Shown here: piece by piece, positions 10,077-19,159 of the stretch
How positions within the stretch are numbered: position 1 is the first letter of the stretch
Layout of the letters: each line of letters begins with the position of its first letter
NCBI GenBank assembly: GCA_036149055.1
Contig: JAYZQJ010000045.1
Coordinates: 1-27,906, forward strand
Direction of reading: 5' to 3'
DNA length: 27,906 nucleotides
Source: Myxococcota bacterium
GTDB taxonomy: Bacteria; Myxococcota_A; Polyangia; Polyangiales; Sandaracinaceae
The notes under the pieces: model-generated
Databases searched by the model: none
What the model was told of the DNA's origin: nothing
Seen by the model: only the letters and a program-made list of their open reading frames with translations
Program-made: the position numbers and the translations under genes

Positions 10077-11498
10077 TCAGATATCGTACGTCAGCATGAA
10101 CTCCATCGGCGTCGGGCGGAGACGCATCGGCTCCACCTCGTTCTGCCGCTTGAAGCTGATCCACTCGTGCACGATGTCCTGGGTGAAGACGTCGCCCTGG
10201 AGCAGGAACTCGTGGTCCTTCTCGAGCGCGGCGAGCGCGCCGTCGAGCGATCCGGGCACGGTCGGGACGCCCTTCAGCTCCTCGGGGCTGAGGCTGTAGA
10301 GGTCCTTGTCGAGGGGATCGCCCGGGTCGATCTTGCGCTTGATGCCGTCGAGGCCCGCCATGAGCATGGCCGCGAACGCGAGGTACGGGTTGCAGCTCGG
10401 GTCGGGGAAGCGCGCCTCGAGCCGCTTGGCCTTCGGCGAGTTCGAGTACATCGGGATCCGGATCGACGCCGAGCGGTTCCGGCTGGAGTACGCGAGGTTC
10501 ACCGGCGCCTCGTAGCCCGGGACGAGCCGGCGGTAGCTGTTGAACGTCGGGTTCGTCAGCGCGCAGATGGCCGGCGCGTGCTCGAGGATGCCGCCGATGT
10601 AGTGGAGCGCCATCTCGCTCATGCCCGCGTACTGGTCGCCGGCGAAGAGGGGCTTGCCGTCCTTCCAGATCGACTGGTGGCAGTGCATGCCGCTGCCGTT
10701 GTCCGCGTAGAGCGGCTTGGGCATGAACGTGGCGGTCTTGCCGGCCATGCGGGCCGAGTTCTTCACCACGTACTTGAACCACATGAGCTGGTCGGCGATC
10801 TCGGTGAGCGAGTCGAACTTCATGTCGATCTCGCACTGACCGGCGGTGGCCACCTCGTGGTGGTGCACCTCGACCTCGATGCCGACGCCGGTCAGCAGCT
10901 CACAGGTCGTGTTGCGCCAGTCCACCAGGGTGTCGACCGGGGCCACCGGGAAGTAGCCGCCCTTGTGCTTGACCTTGTGGCCGAGGTTCGGCCCCTCGTC
11001 GCGGCCGGAGTTCCAGGCGCCCTCGGTCGAGTCGACCTCGAAGAAGCCGCCGTTGTTCGCGACGTCGAAGCGCACGTCGTCGAAGACGAAGAACTCCGCC
11101 TCGGGCCCGAAGTACGCGGTGTCGCCGATGCCGGTCTGCTTGAGGTACTGCTCCGCCTTGCGCGCGATGTAGCGCGGGTCGCGGGCGTAGGGCTCACGCG
11201 TGATCGGGTCGTGGATGTTGCAGATCACGCAGAGCGTCGGCATCTCCGTGAACGGGTCCATCTGCGCGGTGCCGGGGTCGGGCACGATGAGCATGTCGGA
11301 CGCGTTGATCGGCTGGTAGCCGCGGATGGAGGAGCCGTCGAAGCCGAAGCCGTCCTCGAAGGCCGACTCGTCCAGGCGGTGGATCGGCACGGTGGTGTGC
11401 TGCCAGACGCCGGGCAGGTCGATGAAGCGGAGATCGAGCATCTTGGCGCCTTTTTCCTTGGCGTACTCGATCACCTCGGACGCGGTCTTCTTGCTCAT
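10077..11498 (-). CDS. glnA: Glutamine synthetase type I (GSI-beta)
   Basis: [62 protein letters not shown] and the adenylylation loop DKDLY. GGAGG SD. Confidence 0.97.
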   Translation of the reverse strand: MSKKTASEVIEYAKEKGAKMLDLRFIDLPGVWQHTTVPIHRLDESAFEDGFGFDGSSIRGYQPINASDMLIVPDPGTAQMDPFTEMPTLCVICNIHDPITREPYARDPRYIARKAEQYLKQTGIGDTAYFGPEAEFFVFDDVRFDVANNGGFFEVDSTEGAWNSGRDEGPNLGHKVKHKGGYFPVAPVDTLVDWRNTTCELLTGVGIEVEVHHHEVATAGQCEIDMKFDSLTEIADQLMWFKYVVKNSARMAGKTATFMPKPLYADNGSGMHCHQSIWKDGKPLFAGDQYAGMSEMALHYIGGILEHAPAICALTNPTFNSYRRLVPGYEAPVNLAYSSRNRSASIRIPMYSNSPKAKRLEARFPDPSCNPYLAFAAMLMAGLDGIKRKIDPGDPLDKDLYSLSPEELKGVPTVPGSLDGALAALEKDHEFLLQGDVFTQDIVHEWISFKRQNEVEPMRLRPTPMEFMLTYDI

Positions 11499-11556
11499 GT
11501 GTGGGAACCTCCTGGGTCTCTGCTCTGAGAAAACTCTGAAAATGAAATGGACGCGG

Positions 11557-11910
<354 letters not shown>

Positions 11911-12034
11911 CTACCCGCGCCATGTTTCCGGCCGGTTTCCGGACCGTTAAATCGCGAACCGGGATCCCCGTTTTCCGGGGGGAACGCTGGGGGAACGCAC
12001 ACCCGCCGGGTGATGCGCTATCGTCCCCGTCCGC

Positions 12035-12469
12035 ATGGCCGGCTTCGAGTTCCAGGAGATGCTCGCGGGCAGCTACCACCTCCTCACCGACCCCGGTGAA
12101 GAGCGCCCGATGTCGCTGACCCTCCACGCGCGGGTGCGCGGGCTCCGCAGCTTCCTCGTGCAGGCGGAGGCCGAGATCGTCGGCGAGATCGACCTGCAGG
12201 GCTTCGCCGATCACCGCGCCTTCCGGGGCCGGCTGCAGATCAAGCCGGTCCAGCGCAAGCTGGTCTACGAGGCGCGGTTCGAGGACAACGAGGGCCGCGA
12301 GTGCCGCTTCCACGGGGAGAAGGAGCTCGAGGCCATCCGCCCGGTGGCGAGCCTCACCACCCTCCCCGGCAGCGTCTGGAGCGGCGAGCGAGAGCTGGCT
12401 CGGGCCCTGCTCCGCTTCGATCCCAGAGAAGACCTGGTGCGCTTCCTCCGGAGCGTGAAGCCGCGATGA
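12035..12469 (+). CDS. Hypothetical protein (beta-rich)
   Basis: Codon bias typical of real genes here; its stop overlaps the next start (ATGA). Confidence 0.75.
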   Translation: MAGFEFQEMLAGSYHLLTDPGEERPMSLTLHARVRGLRSFLVQAEAEIVGEIDLQGFADHRAFRGRLQIKPVQRKLVYEARFEDNEGRECRFHGEKELEAIRPVASLTTLPGSVWSGERELARALLRFDPREDLVRFLRSVKPR

Positions 12470-13356
12470 TCGGCGTCGTCCCGGTGGTGCTCGTGCACGG
12501 CGGCGCGGGCGACGTGCCGCTCGCCAAGCGGCCGGTGCACGCCGAGGGCTGCAAGCGGGCGTCCGAGGAGGGGCTGCGCGTCCTGCTCGAGACCGGCGAC
12601 CCGCTCGAGGCGGCGATCGCGGCGGTCGTGATGCTCGAGGACGACCCGCTCTTCAACGCGGGCACCGGCGCCTGCCTGACCTCGGACGGAACGCTCGAGC
12701 TGGACGCGTCGGTGATGGAGGGCGCAAGGCTCGGGGTGGGCGCGGTCACCTGCCTGCCCGCCTACACGAACCCCATCCGGATCGCCGACGCGGTGCGGCG
12801 GGACGGCAAGCATGCGTTCTACGCCGCCGAGGGCGCGGCCCGCTTCGCCGAGCGCGCGGGGTTCGCCCGGGCGGCGGACGAGGACATGATCACCGACGCC
12901 GCGCGGCGTCGCCTCGAGCAGGTGCTCGCCGGCGAGGCGGACCGCGGCTGGGCCGGCAGCACGGTGGGCGCGGTGGCCTGCGATCCGAGCGGCCGGGTAG
13001 CGGCGGCGACGAGCACCGGGGGCACCGTTGGCAAGACGCCCGGGCGGGTCGGCGACACGCCGCTGGTCGGCGCGGGCACCTGGGCCGACGACCGGGCCGG
13101 CGCGTGCAGCACCACCGGGATCGGCGAGCAGATCATGCGCTTCGCCCTCGCCCGGCACGCGGCGGAGCTGCTCCGCGCGGGGGCCCCGGCGCAGGAGGCG
13201 GCCGACGCCGCCATCGCCGGCTTCGACGAGCGCATCGGAGGCCGCGGCGGCCTCATCCTGGTGGGCCCGCGCGGGGACGTCGGCCACGCCCGGAACACCG
13301 AGACCATGAGCTGGGGGCTGGCGCGCGCGGGAGAAGGCGCCCAGTTCGGATTCTGA
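12466..13356 (+). CDS. iaaA: Isoaspartyl peptidase/L-asparaginase (Ntn hydrolase)
   Basis: LVHGGAG, LEDDPLFNAGTG, ELDASVM, STVGAVA (nucleophile Thr), ATSTGG, GRVGDTP and TGIGE. Confidence 0.9.
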   Translation: MIGVVPVVLVHGGAGDVPLAKRPVHAEGCKRASEEGLRVLLETGDPLEAAIAAVVMLEDDPLFNAGTGACLTSDGTLELDASVMEGARLGVGAVTCLPAYTNPIRIADAVRRDGKHAFYAAEGAARFAERAGFARAADEDMITDAARRRLEQVLAGEADRGWAGSTVGAVACDPSGRVAAATSTGGTVGKTPGRVGDTPLVGAGTWADDRAGACSTTGIGEQIMRFALARHAAELLRAGAPAQEAADAAIAGFDERIGGRGGLILVGPRGDVGHARNTETMSWGLARAGEGAQFGF

Positions 13357-13381
13357 GCTCCGAACCAAGGGAGGACGAACG

Positions 13382-14203
13382 ATGGCGACTCTGAAAGGCA
13401 AGACCCTCTTCATCACCGGCGCGAGCCGCGGCATCGGCAAGGCGATCGCGCTCCGCGCGGCCCGGGACGGCGCCAACGTCGCCATCGCGGCCAAGACCGT
13501 GGAGCCGCACCCCCGCCTGCCGGGCACCATCCACACCGCGGCCGAGGAGATCGAGGCGGCCGGCGGCAAGGCGCTGCCGCTCCAGGTCGACATCCGCGAC
13601 GAGGCGCGCGTGCAGGAGGCGATCGCCGAGACGGTCGAGAAGTTCGGGGGCATCGACGTGCTCGTGAACAACGCGAGCGCGATCATGCTCACCGGCACCC
13701 TCCAGACCCCGATGAAGCGCTTCGACCTGATGCATCAGGTGAACGCGCGCGGGACGTTCGTGTGCTCGCAGGCGGCGATCCCGCACCTCGCGAAGTCGGA
13801 CAACCCGCACATCCTCAACATCTCGCCGCCGCTGAACATGGAGACGAAGTGGTTCGCGCCGCACGTCGCCTACACGATGGCGAAGTTCGGCATGAGCATG
13901 TGCGTGCTCGGGATGCACGAGGAGCTCCGCCCGAAGAAGATCGCGGTCAACGCGCTCTGGCCGCGCACCGCGGTCGCCACCGCCGCCGTCCAGAACCTGC
14001 TCGGCGGCGACGAGGCGATGAAGGGGAGCCGCAAGCCGGAGATCATGGCCGACGCGGCGCACGTGGTCCTGACCCGGCCCTCCACCGAGGCGACCGGGAA
14101 CTTCTACATCGACGACGAGGTGCTGACGGAGGCGGGCGTCACCGACTTCGATCAGTACGCGGTCGATCCGTCGGCGGAGCTCATCCCCGACTTCTTCCTC
14201 TGA
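13382..14203 (+). CDS. Short-chain dehydrogenase/reductase (HSDL2-like)
   Basis: TGASRGIG, AAKTVEPHPRLPGTI, NNAS, YTMAK (YxxxK) and VNALWP. GGAGG SD. Confidence 0.92.
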   Translation: MATLKGKTLFITGASRGIGKAIALRAARDGANVAIAAKTVEPHPRLPGTIHTAAEEIEAAGGKALPLQVDIRDEARVQEAIAETVEKFGGIDVLVNNASAIMLTGTLQTPMKRFDLMHQVNARGTFVCSQAAIPHLAKSDNPHILNISPPLNMETKWFAPHVAYTMAKFGMSMCVLGMHEELRPKKIAVNALWPRTAVATAAVQNLLGGDEAMKGSRKPEIMADAAHVVLTRPSTEATGNFYIDDEVLTEAGVTDFDQYAVDPSAELIPDFFL

Positions 14204-14280
14204 CGCACCCCTTGAATGTGACGGCGCGGGTCGCATAGCCTCGCGCGGCGCGGGGCCCGGAGTCCCCGCGAGGAGGATCG

Positions 14281-15150
14281 ATGCTTCGCCAGACCGTGCT
14301 TTCGTTCGCGGCCCTCTCGCTGCTCGCCTGCGGCGGGACCGACCAGCAGCCCGAGATGCCCGACCCGTCGGTGATCGACCGGTCGGCCGACGACATGGGC
14401 CTGCCGGAGGCGTCCGAGGGCGGTGAGGAGACGGCGGAGGAGGACGCCGAGCCTCCGCCACCTCCCGTGCAGGTGGTGGCCGGGACGCGCACGCCGATCG
14501 AGGGTGACGCGCCGAGCCTGCGCATCCTCGCGCCCCGCGACGGCGCCACCATCCGCCGCGGCAACGTCTCGCTGCGGCTCCGCCTCCAGGGCTGGGAGCT
14601 CGCCGCGGACCCCGGCAACCACGTGCACGTCATCGTGGACAACGAGCCCTACATCGCCGTCCGCGACGTCAGCGAGCCGCTCGACCTGAACGCGCTCGTG
14701 CAGGAGAACCTCGGCCACGAGCTGAGCGAGGGCACGCACGTGGTCCGGGTCTTCCCGAGCCGCGGCCACCACGAGTCGGTGAAGCAGGACGGCGCCTTCG
14801 CGATGGTGACCTTCCACTACCGCAGCCAGACCGAGGGCTTCGAGCTCGACGCCGACGCCCCGATGCTCACCTTCAGCCGCCCGAAGGGCTGCTACCCGGT
14901 GGGTGAGCGCGTGCTGCTCGACTTCTACCTGAGCCACGCCGAGCTCGCCGAGGACGGCCTCCGGGTCCGCTACGACCTCGACGGCGCGATCCAGGGCGAC
15001 ATCACGAGCTGGGTCCCGCACTACCTCGAGAACCTGCCGGCGCTCGAGCACACCCTGCAGCTCCAGCTCGTCGACGCCGAGGGCAACCCGGTCCCCGGCC
15101 CGTTCAACGACACGACGCGCACCTTCCGCGTCGCCGACTCCTGCCAGTAG
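14281..15150 (+). CDS. Conserved hypothetical lipoprotein with His-containing motifs
   Basis: Lipobox LLAC, an acidic linker, GNHVHVIVDNEPY, FPSRGHHESVK and SRPKG. GAGGAGG SD. Confidence 0.8.
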   Translation: MLRQTVLSFAALSLLACGGTDQQPEMPDPSVIDRSADDMGLPEASEGGEETAEEDAEPPPPPVQVVAGTRTPIEGDAPSLRILAPRDGATIRRGNVSLRLRLQGWELAADPGNHVHVIVDNEPYIAVRDVSEPLDLNALVQENLGHELSEGTHVVRVFPSRGHHESVKQDGAFAMVTFHYRSQTEGFELDADAPMLTFSRPKGCYPVGERVLLDFYLSHAELAEDGLRVRYDLDGAIQGDITSWVPHYLENLPALEHTLQLQLVDAEGNPVPGPFNDTTRTFRVADSCQ

Positions 15151-15152
15151 AC

Positions 15153-15182
15153 GAGTAGCCCCGGGCCCGGTCTGGGGTACTC
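15153..15182 (+). terminator. Imperfect hairpin after the lipoprotein gene
   Basis: GAGTAgCCCCGGGC-ccg-GTCTGGGGTACTC, with two G-U pairs and one bulge, starting 2 nt after the stop. Confidence 0.35.
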
Positions 15183-15192
15183 TGCGCCCCGC

Positions 15193-16848
15193 ATGGCCGG
15201 CCTCCTCGACACGGTCCGGGACCTCGGACGACTCCGACAGATCGTCCAGGTCCTCATCCGCCACGGCTTCGGCGAGATCGTGCAGCGGACGGGCCTCGGC
15301 TCGCTCGTCAGCGGCAAGCCGAAGGCCGACGAGATCGCGGGCAAGGTCTCGATGGCCGCGCGCATCCGGCTCGTGGTCGAGGACCTCGGGCCGTCGTTCG
15401 TCAAGCTCGGTCAGATCCTCTCGACGCGCCCGGATCTGATCCCCGAGGACGTCATCGCGGAGCTCAAGAAGCTCCAGGACTCGGTGCCGCCGGTGCCCTT
15501 CGCGCAGATCGAGGCGCAGGTGCAGGCGGAGCTCGGCGCGCCGATCGCCGAGCTGTTCTCCGAGTTCGACGAGGAGCCGCTCGCGAGCGCGTCGATCGGG
15601 CAGGTGCACCGCGCCACCCTGGAGACCGACGGCGGCCCCCGCGCGGTGGCGGTGAAGGTCCAGCGCCCGAACATCAAGGAGACGATCGAGCGCGACATCG
15701 ACCTCCTCTACTGGCTCGCCAAGGCGATCGAGCGCTCCATCCCCGAGTCGCGCATCTACCAGCCGGTGAAGCTGGTCAGCGAGTTCGACCGCGCGATCAC
15801 CGCCGAGCTCGACTTCACCCTCGAGGCCGATCACGCCGGCAAGTTCGCCAAGAACTTCGAGGGCCACGGCGAGATCCGCTTCCCCTTCATCTACCGCGAC
15901 GCCTCGGCGAAGCGGGTGATGACCCTCGAGTTCTTCGACGGCCGCAAGATCTACGCGGCGATCGAGGAGGGCTACAGCGCGGAGAAGATCTGCAAGAACA
16001 CCCTCGGGCTCATCATCAAGGCCGTGTTCGAGGACGGCTTCTTCCACGCCGATCCCCACCCCGGGAACTTCATCCTGATGGGCGCGCCCGAGGCGCCCAT
16101 CCTCGGCGTGATCGACCTCGGGCTCGTCGGGCGGCTCACGCCGCAGATGCGCGAGAAGACCATCGACCTGATGATCGCGGCCGTCCAGGAGGACTACCGC
16201 GGCATCGCCGACGCGCTCTACGCCATCGGCACCCCGACCAAGAAGATCGACCGGCGCGCCTACGAGGCCGAGGTCGCCGCGCTCTCGGACCGCTACCTCG
16301 GCAAGCAGCTGCAGGAGATCGAGATCTCCCGGCTCATCCAGGACCTGGTCACCGGCGCGACCAAGTACGGCCTCGAGATCCCGCCCGACTTCCTGCTCGT
16401 CGGCAAGGCGCTGATGACCATCGAGGGCGTGGGCAAGGAGATCTACCCGGAGCTCGACGTCTTCGAGGAGATGAAGCCGTACTTCATGCGGCTGATGTGG
16501 GCGCGCTACTCGCCGGAGCGCCTGACGCAAGATCTCGTGCGCACGATGACGCGCATCAGCGGGGCGGCGACCGACCTGCCGATCCAGAGCCAGGAGATCC
16601 TCGACGACCTCCGCAAGGGCCGGCTCGAGGTGCGCACGCGCGAGCCGATGCTGCCGCTCAGCGTCGACGTGCTCGGCCGCCGCGCCTACAGCGGCATGGT
16701 CGTGATGGGCCTCCTCATCGGGAGCGCCATCCTGCTCGCGGCCGACGCGCTCCTGCTCGGCGGCCTCTTCTTCTTCGGCGCCCTGAGCTGGGGGACCGTG
16801 CACACCACCTGGGCGATGTGGCTGAACCGCAAGAGGCGGCGCCGATGA
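15193..16848 (+). CDS. UbiB/AarF/ABC1 family atypical kinase
   Basis: LGPSFVKLGQILSTRPDL (KxGQ), ASASIGQVHRA, VAVKVQRP, ELDF, HADPHPGN, IDLGLVG and two C-terminal TMs. Confidence 0.93.
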   Translation: MAGLLDTVRDLGRLRQIVQVLIRHGFGEIVQRTGLGSLVSGKPKADEIAGKVSMAARIRLVVEDLGPSFVKLGQILSTRPDLIPEDVIAELKKLQDSVPPVPFAQIEAQVQAELGAPIAELFSEFDEEPLASASIGQVHRATLETDGGPRAVAVKVQRPNIKETIERDIDLLYWLAKAIERSIPESRIYQPVKLVSEFDRAITAELDFTLEADHAGKFAKNFEGHGEIRFPFIYRDASAKRVMTLEFFDGRKIYAAIEEGYSAEKICKNTLGLIIKAVFEDGFFHADPHPGNFILMGAPEAPILGVIDLGLVGRLTPQMREKTIDLMIAAVQEDYRGIADALYAIGTPTKKIDRRAYEAEVAALSDRYLGKQLQEIEISRLIQDLVTGATKYGLEIPPDFLLVGKALMTIEGVGKEIYPELDVFEEMKPYFMRLMWARYSPERLTQDLVRTMTRISGAATDLPIQSQEILDDLRKGRLEVRTREPMLPLSVDVLGRRAYSGMVVMGLLIGSAILLAADALLLGGLFFFGALSWGTVHTTWAMWLNRKRRRR

Positions 16849-17450
16849 GCAGCAGCACCGAGGAGGTGCGCGCGCACTACGACCGCGAGGCGACCGACTA
16901 CCAGAGCCGCTTCTCGAGCGGTCTGCTCGGCCGGCTGCGCGAGCGCGAGCGCGCCGACATCATGGCGCTGCTCGAGCCCTCGCCCGGGGACGCCATCCTC
17001 GACGCCGGCTGCGGCACGGGCTTCGACGCGGTGCCGCTGATGGAGCTGGGCTGCGAGGTGGACGGCGTCGACATCTCTCCGGGCATGGTCGAGATCGCGC
17101 GCGAGCGCGGCGTGAACGCCCGGGTCGGCGATCTGCACGACTTCGATCTCGGGCGCGCTTACCCGAAGGTGCTCTGCGCCGGCCCGCTCGAGTTCTGTCA
17201 CTCGCCCGGCCAGGTGCTGCACACCCTCGCCCGCCACGTCGCGCCCCACGGCCGCCTCGTCGCCCTCTTCCCGCCGCCCACCCTGGTCGGCCGCGCCTAC
17301 CAGCTGCACCACCGCCGGAACGGGCTCCGGATCCAGCTCTACCCCGTCGACCGCATGATGGCCTGGATGCGCGCCGCCGGGCTCGAGCCGGACGCGCTCC
17401 GCCGCCCCGGGCCGTTCACCGCGGTGATCCGCGCCCGCAAGCACGCATGA
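16845..17450 (+). CDS. Class I SAM-dependent methyltransferase
   Basis: ILDAGCGTG, GVDISPGM and GDL. The start MSSSTEEVRAHYD overlaps the upstream stop (ATGA). Confidence 0.85.
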   Translation: MSSSTEEVRAHYDREATDYQSRFSSGLLGRLRERERADIMALLEPSPGDAILDAGCGTGFDAVPLMELGCEVDGVDISPGMVEIARERGVNARVGDLHDFDLGRAYPKVLCAGPLEFCHSPGQVLHTLARHVAPHGRLVALFPPPTLVGRAYQLHHRRNGLRIQLYPVDRMMAWMRAAGLEPDALRRPGPFTAVIRARKHA

Positions 17451-18250
17451 TCCCGCAGGTCGTCTTCCACGCGGACGACCTCGGGATCTCGCCCGGCGTG
17501 AGCCGCGGGGTCGCGCGGGCGGTGGAGGCGGGCCCGGTGCGCGCGGTGAGCCTCTGCGTCACCGGCGACGACGCCGAGGGAGGCGCGGCCCTCGCGCGGC
17601 GCTGGGTCGGCGAGGTCGACCTGGGCCTGCACCTGAGCTTCACCCTCGGCCGCGCGGTCAGCGGCCCGATCGACGGCCTCACCGACGGCCTCGGCCGCTT
17701 CCCGCCGCTGCCGGAGACGCTCGCCCGGCTCCGCCTCGGGCTCCCGCCGAGCGCGCTGCTGCGCCGGGAGGTCCGCGCGCAGCTCGATCGCGCCGCCGCC
17801 CTCGGCGTCCCCCTCGACCACCTCGACGGCCACCATCACGCCCACACCTTCCCCGGCGTGCGCGACGCGGTGCTCTCGGTGGCCGGACACCTGCGGCTGC
17901 GCGTCCCCGACGATCCCTGGGCCCGGCCGACCCCGCGGACCCTCCTGATCCGGAGCCTCGCGCGGGCCTTTCGCCGACGGGCCGCGGCGCGCGGGATCCG
18001 CCTCGACGCCCTCCCCTTCACCGGGCTCGACCTGCACGACCGCGCCGACTTCGCGGCCCGCCTCGAGGCGCTGCTCGCCGCCCCGCCCGCGCCGGCGTTC
18101 GAGCTGATGGTGCACCCCCGCGAGGAGGACGCCGCCTTCCGGCGCCTCGACCGGCTGGGGCCGCGCGGGGAGCGATGGCGCGACGAGCTCGACGCGCTCA
18201 CCCGCGCGCCCGAGGGCTGTCGCCCGGGCCGCTTCAGTCGGGCTCGCTGA
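17447..18250 (+). CDS. YdjC/ChbG/HpnK family carbohydrate deacetylase
   Basis: HADDLG, LGLHL, HLDGHHHAH and ELMVHP. ATGA overlap with the upstream gene. Confidence 0.88.
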   Translation: MIPQVVFHADDLGISPGVSRGVARAVEAGPVRAVSLCVTGDDAEGGAALARRWVGEVDLGLHLSFTLGRAVSGPIDGLTDGLGRFPPLPETLARLRLGLPPSALLRREVRAQLDRAAALGVPLDHLDGHHHAHTFPGVRDAVLSVAGHLRLRVPDDPWARPTPRTLLIRSLARAFRRRAAARGIRLDALPFTGLDLHDRADFAARLEALLAAPPAPAFELMVHPREEDAAFRRLDRLGPRGERWRDELDALTRAPEGCRPGRFSRAR

Positions 18251-19028
18251 TGGGCGGGTCCAGGTCCTCGTCGAGACGGTAGGCGCCGCGGAGATGACGC
18301 AGGCGGATCCGGGCGAGGTCGGCGCACATCGCGACGGTGTCCCGGGCGAAGTCCACCGTGCTCGGCTCCTTGCGGTAGTGGTAGGTGACCGGCACCTCCC
18401 GCACGTGGTAGCCGCGCCGCTGGGCGAGGAAGAGCAGCTCCACGTCGAAGCTGAAGCGGTCCTGCACCAGGCGCGGGAAGAGATCTTCGACGACCTCGGC
18501 CCGGAACCCCTTCAGGCCGGCCTGGGTGTCGCGCAGCTCGTTCACCACCGTCTGGCGCACGAGCCAGTTGAAGATCCGGCCCGCGTTGTGCCGGGTGTAG
18601 ATGTAGCGGAAGAAGTCGGGCGCCACGACATACCGGCTGTCCTCGTGTACGCGGCACGCGACCGCGATGTCGGCGCCCCGCCGCAGCGCCCGCACCACCT
18701 GGGTGAAGCTCGCGATGGGATAGGTCAGGTCGGCGTCGCTGAAGAGCCGCAGCCGCCCCCGCGCGGCGAGCAGCCCCCGCCGGACCGCGTGCCCCTTGCC
18801 TCGGTTCTCCGCGCTCGCCAGCACGCGCACCCGGGGCCCGTCGCCCCGGCTCGCCGCGAACTCGCGCGCGATCGCCAGCGTCTCGTCCCGGCTCCCGTCA
18901 TCCACGACGATGAGCTCGGCGCCCCCGGCTCGACGCCCCAGCCACTCGTACGACTTCGCGAGGGAGCGCTCCAGGAACGCCGCCCCGTCGAAGACCGGCA
19001 GGACCAGCGACACGGAGACCTCGGACAC
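18234..19028 (-). CDS. GT2 polyprenyl-phosphate glycosyltransferase (dolichyl-phosphate glucosyltransferase-like)
   Basis: SLVLPVF, VVDDGSRDET, NRGKGHAVRRG, FSDADL (DxD), DTQAGLKGFR and FSFDVELL. Confidence 0.9.
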   Translation of the reverse strand: MSEVSVSLVLPVFDGAAFLERSLAKSYEWLGRRAGGAELIVVDDGSRDETLAIAREFAASRGDGPRVRVLASAENRGKGHAVRRGLLAARGRLRLFSDADLTYPIASFTQVVRALRRGADIAVACRVHEDSRYVVAPDFFRYIYTRHNAGRIFNWLVRQTVVNELRDTQAGLKGFRAEVVEDLFPRLVQDRFSFDVELLFLAQRRGYHVREVPVTYHYRKEPSTVDFARDTVAMCADLARIRLRHLRGAYRLDEDLDPPISEPD

Positions 19029-19083
19029 GAGCCATCACTGTCCACGGTCCCCACCCGCTCCGTCAACGACCGACTCGGTTTTC

Positions 19084-19105
19084 GGAGGGGGCATGCGCCC
19101 CCTCC
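19084..19105. other. Intergenic perfect hairpin
   Basis: GGAGGGGGC-ATGC-GCCCCCTCC, a 9-bp stem between the GT-C and GT2 genes. Confidence 0.55.
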
Positions 19106-19159
19106 CGCCCCATCTCACAAGCTCACGCGCGTGGAAGCTGCGGCATGCTCGCCCCAGCT

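Noticed and set aside
14152..16803. 883-aa minus-strand ORF
   Set aside because: Antisense to the well-supported lipoprotein and ABC1 kinase genes.
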